The notes: a model not told the origin generated them from the letters alone. 64,000 nt of DNA from an uncultured delta proteobacterium (GCA_963736855.1 CAVTQK010000023.1:92195-156194), one strand, 5' to 3'. Positions 50,562-58,942 are shown, counted from the stretch's first letter. Made by a program: numbers and translations.

Positions 50562-51002
50562 ATGATCAAACATTATAAACTACCTGAAAATATCGACCGC
50601 CTGCTGCCCAAAGCAACGGCTTACCTGAGATCCCATAAAGCCATCCTTTTCGCTTATCTTTTTGGCTCACTCGCTCAGGGAAAACGAAGCCCTCTAAGCG
50701 ATGTGGATATCGCCGTCTTTTTAAAAAAAACGAAGAAAGCACCCGCACTCAAAATGGAGATCCTGGGGAAGCTCAATGAACTTTTGAAAACCGATGAAAT
50801 CGACCTGGTGATCCTCAATACCGCACCGCCTCCACTCCGCATGCGAATCCTTCAAACCAAAAAGCTTCTGGTCGATAAGGACCCTTTTTTAAGGCATCGA
50901 TACGAATCGTTGACGATGCGTGAATACATGGATTTCTCGGTATTCGAATCGACCCTTCTTCACAGGAGGTTCTCCATTGGTAGACAAGTCGCTCGTTCTT
51001 AG
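50562..51002 (+). CDS. mntA: MNT antitoxin (type VII TA)
   Basis: YLFGS-x10-DVD, IDLVILN. Confidence 0.9.
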   Translation: MIKHYKLPENIDRLLPKATAYLRSHKAILFAYLFGSLAQGKRSPLSDVDIAVFLKKTKKAPALKMEILGKLNELLKTDEIDLVILNTAPPPLRMRILQTKKLLVDKDPFLRHRYESLTMREYMDFSVFESTLLHRRFSIGRQVARS

Positions 51003-51399
51003 AAAAATAGCCGAATTGGAGATTCACCTGAACCAAATTAATGAATTTTCCAATATAACCGTTAAAAAGTATCTTGAGGATTGGAAGGCACAGCGCGTTA
51101 TCGAAAGAACTCTTCAAATGATGATCGAAATTTGTATGGATATCGCAAGCCACCTCATCTCGGATAAAGGTTACAGAACGCCACAAACATACGCGGACAC
51201 CTTTAAAGTGCTTTATGAAAATAAAATCATCAATAAATCCCTTACCGCTAAAATGGAGAACATGGCCAAGTTCAGAAACGTTATTGTCCATTCCTATGAC
51301 AAAATCGATGCCACCATCGTCGTAAACATATTGAAAAATAACCTTAAAGACTTTGCACGTTTCAAGGAAACCATCATCCGGTTCACCCAGACCCAATAG
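50977..51399 (+). CDS. hepT: HEPN (DUF86) RNase toxin
   Basis: RNVIVHSY (Rx4HxY); AGGAGG before TTG start. Confidence 0.9.
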   Translation: MVDKSLVLRKIAELEIHLNQINEFSNITVKKYLEDWKAQRVIERTLQMMIEICMDIASHLISDKGYRTPQTYADTFKVLYENKIINKSLTAKMENMAKFRNVIVHSYDKIDATIVVNILKNNLKDFARFKETIIRFTQTQ

Positions 51400-51419
51400 A
51401 CTCAATGGCCCATTTACTC

Positions 51420-51580
51420 CCTCGAACCCTATTCTTTTCACTTTGAACTTCTTTCTCTCTGACTTCTGCCATCTGACCTCTGACCTCTGATTCTCAACTT
51501 TTAACTTCTTTCTCAAAATGCTCTCATTCCACAACTTCGAACTTCGAACTTGTAACTTCGAACTTCTTTCTGCCCTCTGG
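51420..51580 (+). repeat. Heptamer repeat block
   Basis: TCTGACC and TTCGAAC arrays. Confidence 0.9.
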
Positions 51581-51584
51581 CCCC

Positions 51585-51621
51585 TTGACACGCATTCTTT
51601 AATGTTATACGATGTATAACA
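51585..51621 (+). promoter_or_regulatory. sigma70 promoter with palindromic operator
   Basis: TTGACA-17-TACGAT; TGTTATAC-GAT-GTATAACA over the -10. Confidence 0.8.
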
Positions 51622-51637
51622 AAAGGGACCGTTCAAT

Positions 51638-51850
51638 ATGATTGCACTCAGATTAGACAAGGAAATCGAGCAGGCTTTGGATCAAATCGCCCGGGCCCGG
51701 GGAGGCACCCGCAGTTCTGTGGTAAGGGAGGCGATCCTCAAATACCTGGAAGATCAGGAGGATCTGGATCTGATTGAACACGCTCAATCCGTTTCACGAG
51801 GCAGAAAGCCGTTGAAACAGTTGAGAGAAGAGCTTGGCCTGGACCGTTGA
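51638..51850 (+). CDS. relB: Ribbon-helix-helix (RelB-like) antitoxin
   Basis: IALRL..E....L..IA......S.VVREAI..YLED.ED. Confidence 0.85.
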   Translation: MIALRLDKEIEQALDQIARARGGTRSSVVREAILKYLEDQEDLDLIEHAQSVSRGRKPLKQLREELGLDR

Positions 51851-52106
51851 AATCAGCGACCTCGCAGAACGTCAGTTGCGTAAACTTGATCGACCGATTC
51901 AAAGACGCATTCTTGACTGGCTCAACGACCGAATTGAAGGATGCAAAAACCCGCGGCATTTTGGGGAACCCCTGAGGGGCTCGCACGCCGGTTTCTGGAG
52001 GTATCGAATCGGGGATTTTAGGATTCTTTGCGACATCCAGGACCAAAAAGTGATCGTCCTGGTTTTGGCCATCGGCCATCGCAGCGAAATCTACAAACAT
52101 TCATGA
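51834..52106 (+). CDS. relE: RelE/ParE-family toxin
   Basis: G.PL.G...GFWRYRIGDFRI..IGHRSEIY. Confidence 0.92.
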   Translation: MAWTVEISDLAERQLRKLDRPIQRRILDWLNDRIEGCKNPRHFGEPLRGSHAGFWRYRIGDFRILCDIQDQKVIVLVLAIGHRSEIYKHS

Positions 52107-52144
52107 TCCCCCTTCGAACCTCGAACTTCGAACTTCTTTTCTCC

Positions 52145-52182
52145 TTGACCCGATCCTCCAATTGTATTATTCTTACCGGTAA
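52145..52182 (+). promoter_or_regulatory. sigma70 promoter after short repeat block 52112..52143
   Basis: TTGACC-17-TATTCT; palindrome TTACCGGTAA. Confidence 0.7.
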
Positions 52183-52206
52183 TATCATTACAATGGGGGA
52201 AAACAC

Positions 52207-52434
52207 ATGCGCGTTACGGTGAAGGGACAAGTCACCATTCCACAACATATCCGGGAAAAGCTGGGCATCACCCCTGCAACCGAAATCGATTTCATCGAGC
52301 AAAAAGGGCGCGTTTATATTGTCCGAAAAGCAAGCAACAAAAAGTCCGGCGGAAAGTTTCGGAAATTGCGAGGGACGGCAACGGTCCGGATGACCACAGA
52401 AGAAATCATGAAATTAACCCGGACGGATGTATGA
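52207..52434 (+). CDS. vapB: AbrB/MazE-type antitoxin
   Basis: VTVKGQVTIP..IR..LGI. Confidence 0.9.
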   Translation: MRVTVKGQVTIPQHIREKLGITPATEIDFIEQKGRVYIVRKASNKKSGGKFRKLRGTATVRMTTEEIMKLTRTDV

Positions 52435-52850
52435 AAGGCGTTATCGTCGATTCGAATATCATCCTGGATCTCGTCACCGACGACCCCAAATGGGCCGATT
52501 GGTCCGAATCCATACTTGACAAACTTACTGACTCCTCACGACTGTTCATCAATTTTGTGATCTATTCTGAAATATCGATTGCCTTTGAACGAATTGAAGA
52601 CTTGGAAGCCACCCTGAACGCGTCCGGTTTCGAAATGCTCGACATTCCCAAAGAAGCGCTATTTTTAGCCGGGAAGGCGTTTTATCGATACAAAAATCGT
52701 CAAGGTGTCAAGCGATCACCGTTGCCCGATTTTTATATCGGCGCCCAGGCGGCAGTCATGGACCTCGATCTCGTTACACGTGATATCAAGAGATACCAGG
52801 CCTACTTCCCCACAGTCCATCTGATTGCTCCTCTGGCATCTGACCCCTGA
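52431..52850 (+). CDS. vapC: PIN-domain toxin
   Basis: VDSNII.D, YSE, LPDFYIGA.A, LVTRD. Confidence 0.92.
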   Translation: MKGVIVDSNIILDLVTDDPKWADWSESILDKLTDSSRLFINFVIYSEISIAFERIEDLEATLNASGFEMLDIPKEALFLAGKAFYRYKNRQGVKRSPLPDFYIGAQAAVMDLDLVTRDIKRYQAYFPTVHLIAPLASDP

Positions 52851-53048
52851 CTTCTGCTCCTCCACTTCGAACTTAAGGCACTTCGAACTTGTAACTTCGA
52901 ACTTTTTTCTTAAAATGCTCTCTTCCACAACTTCGAACTTCGAACTTATCACTTCGAACTTCTTTCTTAAAATGCTCTCATTCCACAACTTCGAACTTCG
53001 AACTTATCACTTCGAACTTCTTTCTGCCCCCTGACTTCTGCTTTCTTC
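52831..53048 (+). repeat. Heptamer repeat block
   Basis: Repeated AAAATGCTCTC.TTCCACAACTTCGAACTTCGAACTTATCACTTCGAACTTC units. Confidence 0.92.
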
Positions 53049-53097
53049 TTGACTTCCCCGCAATTTTGTTATACAGTTTCCTTAAAAACGTATAACA
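53049..53097 (+). promoter_or_regulatory. sigma70 promoter with inverted-repeat operator
   Basis: TTGACT-17-TACAGT; TGTTATAC-15 nt-GTATAACA. Confidence 0.75.
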
Positions 53098-53109
53098 CTT
53101 GGAGGCTTT

Positions 53110-53379
53110 ATGGGTGCTTCCCAAAGAGAAATCGTAACTGTCTCCCCCAAGGGTTGGGTCGTCATCCCCTCCTTATTGCGGAGAAAAATCGGCTTAAAAC
53201 CCGGAATGAGGATTAAGGTTACGGAGACAGACGGCAAAATCCTTCTCACACCTCAAATAGATGACCCGGTGGATGCACTTTACGGCAAGCTTGGAAAGGG
53301 TAAATCTCTCACCAAATCGCTTCTGGCAGAACGGAAACGGGAAAGAATCCGTGAACAAGCCAAAATACATCCTCGATAG
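53110..53379 (+). CDS. vapB: AbrB-type antitoxin
   Basis: VSPKGWVVIP..LR...GLKPG. Confidence 0.88.
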   Translation: MGASQREIVTVSPKGWVVIPSLLRRKIGLKPGMRIKVTETDGKILLTPQIDDPVDALYGKLGKGKSLTKSLLAERKRERIREQAKIHPR

Positions 53380-53507
53380 CTATGCTTTGCTCGCCTATTT
53401 TCAAGGCGAGCCGGCAGGGGAAAAAGTGCGGGATATCCTCAAAAACGCATCGAAGGGTTCTGTTTCGGTTTATCTGTCGGTGATCAGCCTGGGAGAAATT
53501 TATTACA
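53351..53507 (+). pseudogene. vapC: PIN toxin, 3'-truncated
   Basis: YILDSYALLAYFQGE...S.ISLGEIYY then abrupt change into the next gene. Confidence 0.82.
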
Positions 53508-53744
53508 ATGATTTTAAAACCTAAATTTATCCGGCTGAATGGGACGAAACCGCAAAGACATGGTGGCAACCAGTGATGATGTACCCGGTTTAGCTACTGA
53601 AGCCGACACGCTTGAAAATCTTGTCGAGAAGTTAAAAATAATGATTCCGAGAGCTTAGAAGCCAATGGTTTTCAGAATATATCAGAAATTCCTTTCGAAA
53701 TCCTAACCCGCCGCTTTGAGATTGCCCGGCTCCAAGCCGATTAG
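53508..53744 (+). pseudogene. DUF1902/HicB-like antitoxin, frameshifted
   Basis: AEWDE.A / VATSDDVPGLATEADTLE.L..KL..MIP recoverable across frames. Confidence 0.75.
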
Positions 53745-53938
53745 TGTCTGATTATACACCGCGATTAAAGCAAATTTTGAGAGATGCAGGGTGCAATTTT
53801 GAACGCCACGGGAAAGGGGATCATGAGCTCTGGTATAGCCCTATAACCGGAATTCGATTTGTGATAGACAGTCAGATAAAATCCCGACACACCGCAAATG
53901 CTGTGTTAAAGCAGGCGGGGCTCCCTAAGAAATTCTAA
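53744..53938 (+). CDS. hicA: HicA-family toxin
   Basis: G..F.R.GKGDHE.W, HTAN.VLKQAGL. Confidence 0.88.
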   Translation: MSDYTPRLKQILRDAGCNFERHGKGDHELWYSPITGIRFVIDSQIKSRHTANAVLKQAGLPKKF

Positions 53939-53945
53939 GGTGTTT

Positions 53946-54130
53946 TTCTGCCCTCTCTGCTCTTTCACTTTGAACTTCGAACTTATCACTTCGAACTTCT
54001 TTCTCAAAATGCTCTCATTCCACAACTTCGAACTTCGAACTTTTCACTTCGAACTTCTTAAAATGCTCTCATTCCACAACTTCGAACTTCGAACTTATAA
54101 CTTCGAACTTCTTTCTAGCTTTCCAGCCTT
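53946..54130 (+). repeat. Heptamer repeat block
   Basis: Tandem ~51-56 bp higher-order units. Confidence 0.92.
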
Positions 54131-54165
54131 CAGGACTGGTGCCCTGCACCCAATCCAAATTATGC

Positions 54166-54194
54166 TTGACGTAACGCATAAACAGCATTAAAAT
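54166..54194 (+). promoter_or_regulatory. sigma70 promoter of higBA
   Basis: TTGACG-17-TAAAAT; ATG follows after a 5-nt gap. Confidence 0.8.
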
Positions 54195-54199
54195 CGTTT

Positions 54200-54481
54200 A
54201 TGATTGTCAATTTCCGGGACAAACGGACTCAGAGATTCGCAGAGGGAAGAAAGATAAAAGCGTTTTCCGGATTCAAACTCAAAGCCGAAATAAAACTCGA
54301 TCAGCTTGATGCCGCCATTTCTTTGTTTGATTTGGATTTACCCGGGAACCACCTTGAAGCTTTAAAAGGGGAACGCAAGGGTCAATACAGTATCCGTATC
54401 AATGATCAATGGCGGATCTGCTTCGAATGGCCGAAAGGATCTTCAGGTCCGGTTGACGTGGAGATCGTAGATTATCACTGA
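54200..54481 (+). CDS. higB: HigB toxin
   Basis: PGN.LEALKG.RKGQYSIRINDQWRICF, IVDYH. Confidence 0.95.
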   Translation: MIVNFRDKRTQRFAEGRKIKAFSGFKLKAEIKLDQLDAAISLFDLDLPGNHLEALKGERKGQYSIRINDQWRICFEWPKGSSGPVDVEIVDYH

Positions 54482-54488
54482 AAGGAAA

Positions 54489-54809
54489 ATGATGGGACGC
54501 AGTGCCATACATCCGGGTAAGCACCTTGTGGAACAGCTCGAAGAATTAAATATGAGCGCCGCCGAATTGGCCCGCAAGCTTGAGGTGCCTACGAATCGTA
54601 TTACCGAAATCATCAACGGCCGGCGCACGATCACCGGCGATACCGCGCTTCGTTTAGGTCATTTCTTCGGAACGAGTGCAGAATTTTGGATGAACCTTCA
54701 AAAACTTTATGAATTGCGCCTGGCGGAGCAAAAATCGGGAAGAAATATCAAAACCTTGCCGACCCTTGCCGAATCCGCAAAGCATCGAAACTCAGAACTC
54801 CATATCTAA
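54489..54809 (+). CDS. higA: HigA antitoxin
   Basis: HPG..L, RI.EI.NG.R.IT.DTALRL..FFG.S.EFW.NLQ. Confidence 0.95.
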   Translation: MMGRSAIHPGKHLVEQLEELNMSAAELARKLEVPTNRITEIINGRRTITGDTALRLGHFFGTSAEFWMNLQKLYELRLAEQKSGRNIKTLPTLAESAKHRNSELHI

Positions 54810-54872
54810 ATTGAAAAAGCAGAACAGATCCACTACAATATATACAAAAACCCTTTCGAATGAGGTTTTGCC

Positions 54873-55103
54873 ATGAAATTTCAAAGAATTACTATGGATC
54901 CCGAAAAGATGGACGGGGTGGCCTGTATCCGGGGACTTCGAATCCCGGTAGCCACAGTTGTCGGCATGGTTGCCGAAGGGATGACTGAAAAAGAAATCCT
55001 GGAATCCTATCCGGACTTAAATGTCGAAGATATCAGGGAATCGCTTCATTATGCGGCTGAGGCGCTTCGTGAAAAGACGCTTCCTCTTGCTGCCATCGCA
55101 TGA
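54873..55103 (+). CDS. DUF433 antitoxin
   Basis: M.G..CIRG.RIPV, I...YPDL..EDI; promoter TTGAAA-17-TACAAT at 54811-54839. Confidence 0.9.
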   Translation: MKFQRITMDPEKMDGVACIRGLRIPVATVVGMVAEGMTEKEILESYPDLNVEDIRESLHYAAEALREKTLPLAAIA

Positions 55104-55222
55104 AGTTCCTGATCGATAACGCACTCTCCCCGAAGATTTCGGATGTTTTGAGGTCTCACGGATTCGATGCCGTTCATGTCCGAGAGTATGGAATTCAGGA
55201 TGCTACAGATGAGGCCATTTTC
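55100..55222 (+). pseudogene. DUF5615 PIN-like toxin truncated by a repeat block
   Basis: [19 protein letters not shown] then runs directly into the repeat unit. Confidence 0.85.
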
Positions 55223-55505
55223 TCAAAATGCCCTCACTCCTCAACTTCGAACTTCGAACTTATCACTTCGAACTTCTTTTTCTAAACATTTTTCTTTCCA
55301 CAACTTCGAACTTCGAACTTATCACTTCGAACTTCTTTCTGGCTTTCCAGCTTCCCGGCTTTCTGGTTTCTGGCTTCCCAGCTTCCACAATTTTGAACTT
55401 CTTTCTCAAAATGCGCCCATTCCACAACTTTGAACTTGTCACTTCGAACTTCGAACTTTTATTCTGACCTTCTTCTGGCTATCCGACTTCCTGACTCCTG
55501 ACTTC
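55219..55505 (+). repeat. Heptamer repeat block
   Basis: TTCGAAC, (T/C)(G/A)GCTTC and TCTGAC arrays. Confidence 0.92.
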
Positions 55506-55572
55506 TTGACATCTACGGATAAAAGGTATACCCTAATTCAAAAAGCGTATACCCTTAAAAGAGGAACCTGAA

Positions 55573-55794
55573 ATGGCCAAGGTCACCGGTAAATACCAGA
55601 TCACTCTGCCTCCTTCCGTCCGTAAATTCTTAAAAATCGTGCCGGGCGTGGAGGTGGACATTGTAAAAGAGGGCCCGCACTTCATTCTTGTCGTCGATCC
55701 CAATTCCCGAATCCGAAAAAAATGGGCCGGAAAGATGAAGGATAGTGAAAAAACCATGGATTACATCGATCGGATCCGGGGGCCTGTACATTGA
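55573..55794 (+). CDS. vapB: AbrB-type antitoxin
   Basis: KVT.KYQITLP..VR..L.I.PG; promoter TTGACA-17-TACCCT at 55506-55534. Confidence 0.88.
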   Translation: MAKVTGKYQITLPPSVRKFLKIVPGVEVDIVKEGPHFILVVDPNSRIRKKWAGKMKDSEKTMDYIDRIRGPVH

Positions 55795-56231
55795 AAATCT
55801 GCGTGGATACGACGATTCTGATCGACATCCTTAAAAATGAGAACCCGGAATACCATGAAAAGCTTTACCTGGCATTGCAGCGAAATGAAACACTTTTGGC
55901 ACCGGTCATCGTTTATGGTGAGTTGATCCCTCTGTTCCATAAAGACATGCCGATGCTCGATGAATTCCTCAAAGATCACCGGATTACGATCAAGCCCATC
56001 GAAATCCCTTCGATAACCGAGGCGGCCGCACGATGGATGGAATACCTGGAACGTAAACAGAAAATGAAATGCCCCCACTGCCGGCGGGTCTTAGAACATA
56101 GAGCCCATTTTTTGTCCGATTTCTTAATCGGCGGGTTTGCATCCGCGGAATGCGACGCCATCCTGACCCGCGACCGCGGCATCTACAAAACCTATTTCCC
56201 GAAACTCAAAGGATACGAGCACTGCCTTTAA
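55791..56231 (+). CDS. vapC: PIN-domain toxin with CxxC insertion
   Basis: VDT.ILID, YGEL, DFLIG, LTRD; KCPHC insert. Confidence 0.88.
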   Translation: MKICVDTTILIDILKNENPEYHEKLYLALQRNETLLAPVIVYGELIPLFHKDMPMLDEFLKDHRITIKPIEIPSITEAAARWMEYLERKQKMKCPHCRRVLEHRAHFLSDFLIGGFASAECDAILTRDRGIYKTYFPKLKGYEHCL

Positions 56232-56309
56232 ACTTCTTTTTTCTGGCCTCATGGCTTCCGGCTTCTTGACCCGTTTCGCCAATCGTGTTAAAATTTTTAA
56301 AAAAAGGAC

Positions 56310-56654
56310 ATGGCCAGACATCATAAAGAGGTACAAACAATGAAGCACCGCAGGATACGTATGTAGCCTATGCCTCAGCTTGACATTGCCAGCCAGGGGG
56401 AAACGATTGAAAAAGCCCGTAAAACCTGACAGAAGCATTAGAATTGTTTTTTGAACATGCATCTGATCCAGAAATTCAACATCGTTTGCACACTGAAATC
56501 TTCATAACTCCTGTTGGAGGCCATTTCGTGGTGCGAACTGGGCAGATACAACAATCACAATCCGCGTTCCCAACCATGCGGAAATTAAAACCGGCACACT
56601 TCATTCGATTATCCGCCAATCTCAACTGACAAAAGCCTTTTTGAAGTGGATTAA
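56310..56654 (+). pseudogene. Decayed hicB-hicA pair
   Basis: PQLDIASQGETIEKAR / LTEALELFFE (HicB) and VPNHAEIKTGTLHSIIRQS (HicA end); promoter TTGACC-17-TAAAAT at 56266-56294. Confidence 0.75.
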
Positions 56655-56685
56655 ATTGAGGACCTCTCAATCTTTTCATCCACCC

Positions 56686-56860
56686 AGCCGCCTGGCTTTT
56701 TTTCTCAAACTTTCTTCTCTGCCTTCTGACCTCTGACATCTGAATTCTGACATCTGTTCCTGATACTTCGAACTTATCACTTCGAACTTCTTAAAATGAC
56801 CTTCTTCCACAACTTTGAACTTATCACTTCGAACTTCGAACTTCTTTTCTGCCCTCTTCC
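56686..56860 (+). repeat. Heptamer repeat block
   Basis: TCTGAC(C/A) then TTCGAAC arrays. Confidence 0.9.
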
Positions 56861-56939
56861 TTACACTCTTGCTTTTATAATTGAACTCAAATAAAATAAC
56901 ATTATACAAGGCCAAACTCCGGATGAGCAAAAATCCGTT

Positions 56940-57060
56940 TGGGAGAAATCTCAAAGAAGCCATCGAATTGCACTTCGAAGATGATCCCGAGGAATTAGAA
57001 GGGTATGTACCATCACCGTCTATCTTTTCGATGATGGATTTAGGACAGCTTCATGTCTGA
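56940..57060 (+). pseudogene. HicB C-terminal remnant
   Basis: RNLKEAIELHFEDD..P..F..M. Confidence 0.6.
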
Positions 57061-57079
57061 AAAATTACTGGGAGGCACC

Positions 57080-57298
57080 ATGAAATTCAAGGTAGTAATA
57101 ACATACGACTCTGAATACGATGGTTATGTAGTCGATGTACCGGAACTCGTCGGCTGCATGAGCCAAGGAAGAACGATCGATGAAGCCTTAAGAAATGTCA
57201 AAGATGCAATTAAAGGTTGGTTGGAAGTGGAAAAAAAACATAACCGACTGGATCTTATAGAAGAAAGGGAGGTCTTTTTGGGCGAGGTTACTGTTTAA
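57080..57298 (+). CDS. hicB: HicB antitoxin
   Basis: GY.V.VPEL.GC.SQG.T.DEAL.N.KDAI. Confidence 0.92.
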   Translation: MKFKVVITYDSEYDGYVVDVPELVGCMSQGRTIDEALRNVKDAIKGWLEVEKKHNRLDLIEEREVFLGEVTV

Positions 57299-57516
57299 TG
57301 GGGATACTTTCAAACATTTCGGGTCATGACGCTGTTAGAATTTTTAAGAAGTTCGGTTATACCCTCGACCATCAAACGGGCAGCCATATGATGCTTTACC
57401 ATGATTCCAGGCCAACTTTATCTATTCCCGACCTTAAAGAATTGGCGCCCGGATTACTCAGAGGGTTGATAAGAAAAAGCGGTTTAACTGTTCATGACTT
57501 TTTGAAAGAAAAATGA
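57298..57516 (+). CDS. hicA: HicA toxin
   Basis: SG..A...F.K.G....Q.GSH, EL..G.L..LIR.SG. Confidence 0.9.
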   Translation: MGILSNISGHDAVRIFKKFGYTLDHQTGSHMMLYHDSRPTLSIPDLKELAPGLLRGLIRKSGLTVHDFLKEK

Positions 57517-57562
57517 TCCCTCCTGCTACCTATCGATTGCCAGTAAGGAGGCTTTCGGAAAC

Positions 57563-57635
57563 ATGAATAAACTGATCGAAATCAACCATGAAATTATGCT
57601 GGGAAAGCCTATAATTAAAGGGACACGAATTCCTG
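57563..57635 (+). pseudogene. DUF433 N-terminal remnant
   Basis: AGGAGG RBS then MNKLIEINHEIMLGKPIIKGTRIP, abruptly cut. Confidence 0.72.
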
Positions 57636-57656
57636 GTATTTTCAAGGAGAGTTTTA

Positions 57657-57887
57657 ATGGAAACATATACCGTTATAAAAAAAGGCTCACAAATCAAACG
57701 TTGTATTCAGATTCCTAAGGAATATTTGGAAAAAGAACTCGAAATTACGATTAAACCCCATAAACCGAAACAAAATATAAGTAAAAAGCTTGCTAAGCTT
57801 TATAAAAAATACAAGGATTTAAATCCGTTTCAATCGATGAAAGACCCCGGTGCATGGCAGCGTGAGGCAAGACGTGGCTGGGAATAG
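57657..57887 (+). CDS. Putative antitoxin
   Basis: C-terminal DP..WQRE.R..W; overlaps the start of a PIN gene. Confidence 0.7.
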   Translation: METYTVIKKGSQIKRCIQIPKEYLEKELEITIKPHKPKQNISKKLAKLYKKYKDLNPFQSMKDPGAWQREARRGWE

Positions 57888-58261
57888 AGCTCTGTTTGAC
57901 AGCAATATCATCATTTATTTATCCAAAAGAGCACTTCCTTTCTCATTTATCGACAAATTTTATGATCATTTTATTTCCGTTAAAATTGATGAACTCGTAA
58001 AAAGTCGAAAATCAGATGGCAAAGTAAAAAGTTCAAGTTCAAGGCGTCGCGAATCCCGTGTGATGAGGCGTACTTATCGTACGTCGAAATCGCAACGGGA
58101 TGAAGCGCAACGCAGAAATTGGACTTTTTACAAAGCCATCAAAATTGCCTGATGCGATAATAGACGCAACAGCAATGGTCAACGAATTATTTCTGGTAAC
58201 AAGGAATATTGATGATTTTAAAAATATCGACGTAAATGTTAACAACCCTTTTGATAAATAG
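57874..58261 (+). pseudogene. vapC: PIN toxin, internally deleted and interrupted by a MITE
   Basis: LFDSNIIIY..ISV before and KLPDAII.ATA..LVTRN.DDF..NPF after the insertion. Confidence 0.82.
57988..58140. mobile_element. MITE-like element, family A copy 2, flanked by AAAATT direct repeats
   Basis: GATGAACTCGTAAAAAGTC ... GACTTTTTACAAAGCCATC; AAAATT at 57982-57987 and 58141-58146. Confidence 0.85.
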
Positions 58262-58264
58262 CCC

Positions 58265-58541
58265 CATTGGTGTCCAAAATAAATCAAAATTCGGCTTTTT
58301 GGACAGATAAGTATTTGATTTAATTCAATGCCTCATGGAAATGTAAATTCAGGTTGTCTTTTCCTTCAGATGCTGTCCAAGAACTGCACGGGTTAGACAA
58401 CATGGCAGAAAGCACCTTCCGGATGCTTGAAAAGCCTTGAAACAGGCCTGTTCGGATTTGTTTCAGGGGCCAAAAGATAGGATTTTGTTTTCAAAGGGTT
58501 CAAATGCTGTCCAAATAAAAAACCGATTTTGGACAATAGTG
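58265..58541. mobile_element. 277-bp MITE with 9-bp target-site duplication
   Basis: CATTGGTGTCCAAAAT ... ATTTTGGACAATAGTG; AAATAGCCC at 58256-58264 and 58542-58550. Confidence 0.8.
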
Positions 58542-58589
58542 AAATAGCCCCTATTATTTCAATCGAACACAAAATTCAACCTCCTGTTC

Positions 58590-58755
58590 TTCCAACTTCG
58601 AACTTGCCACTTCGAACTTCTTAAAATGACCTCTTCCACAACTTCGAACTTCGAACTTATCACTTCGAACTTCTTTTGCCCTCTGACATCTGACTTTTGA
58701 CATCTGACATCTGTTCCTGATACTTCGAACTTCTTTCTCCGTCCTCTGATTCTTT
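58590..58755 (+). repeat. Heptamer repeat block
   Basis: TTCGAAC and TCTGACA arrays. Confidence 0.9.
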
Positions 58756-58843
58756 CTATTTAAACCCTGTTGTTGCAAAAGCTGAGGATGTCCCAGACCT
58801 AAGGCGTCCAAGGGCAAAGCCGTAATATTTTGCTACGATCATT

Positions 58844-58942
58844 GAGACCTTTGAAAAACTAGTTAAACTACCTATGCTGCACTTGTAACATATTGAAATT
58901 ATTGAATCTTCAATTTTAATATTCGCAAAATTCAAAGGTCTC
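58844..58942. mobile_element. 99-bp element with 12-bp perfect inverted ends (IS5/IS1106-like)
   Basis: GAGACCTTTGAA ... TTCAAAGGTCTC. Confidence 0.6.

Noticed and set aside
50815..51660. 281-aa minus-strand ORF and other long antisense ORFs
   Set aside because: Shadows of well-supported genes and repeat blocks on the opposite strand.
52716..56963. ORFs rich in FEL/TSN/SSK (e.g. 52716, 52825, 53940, 55167, 55228, 56676; also 48132)
   Set aside because: Translations of the heptamer repeats; no RBS or family resemblance.
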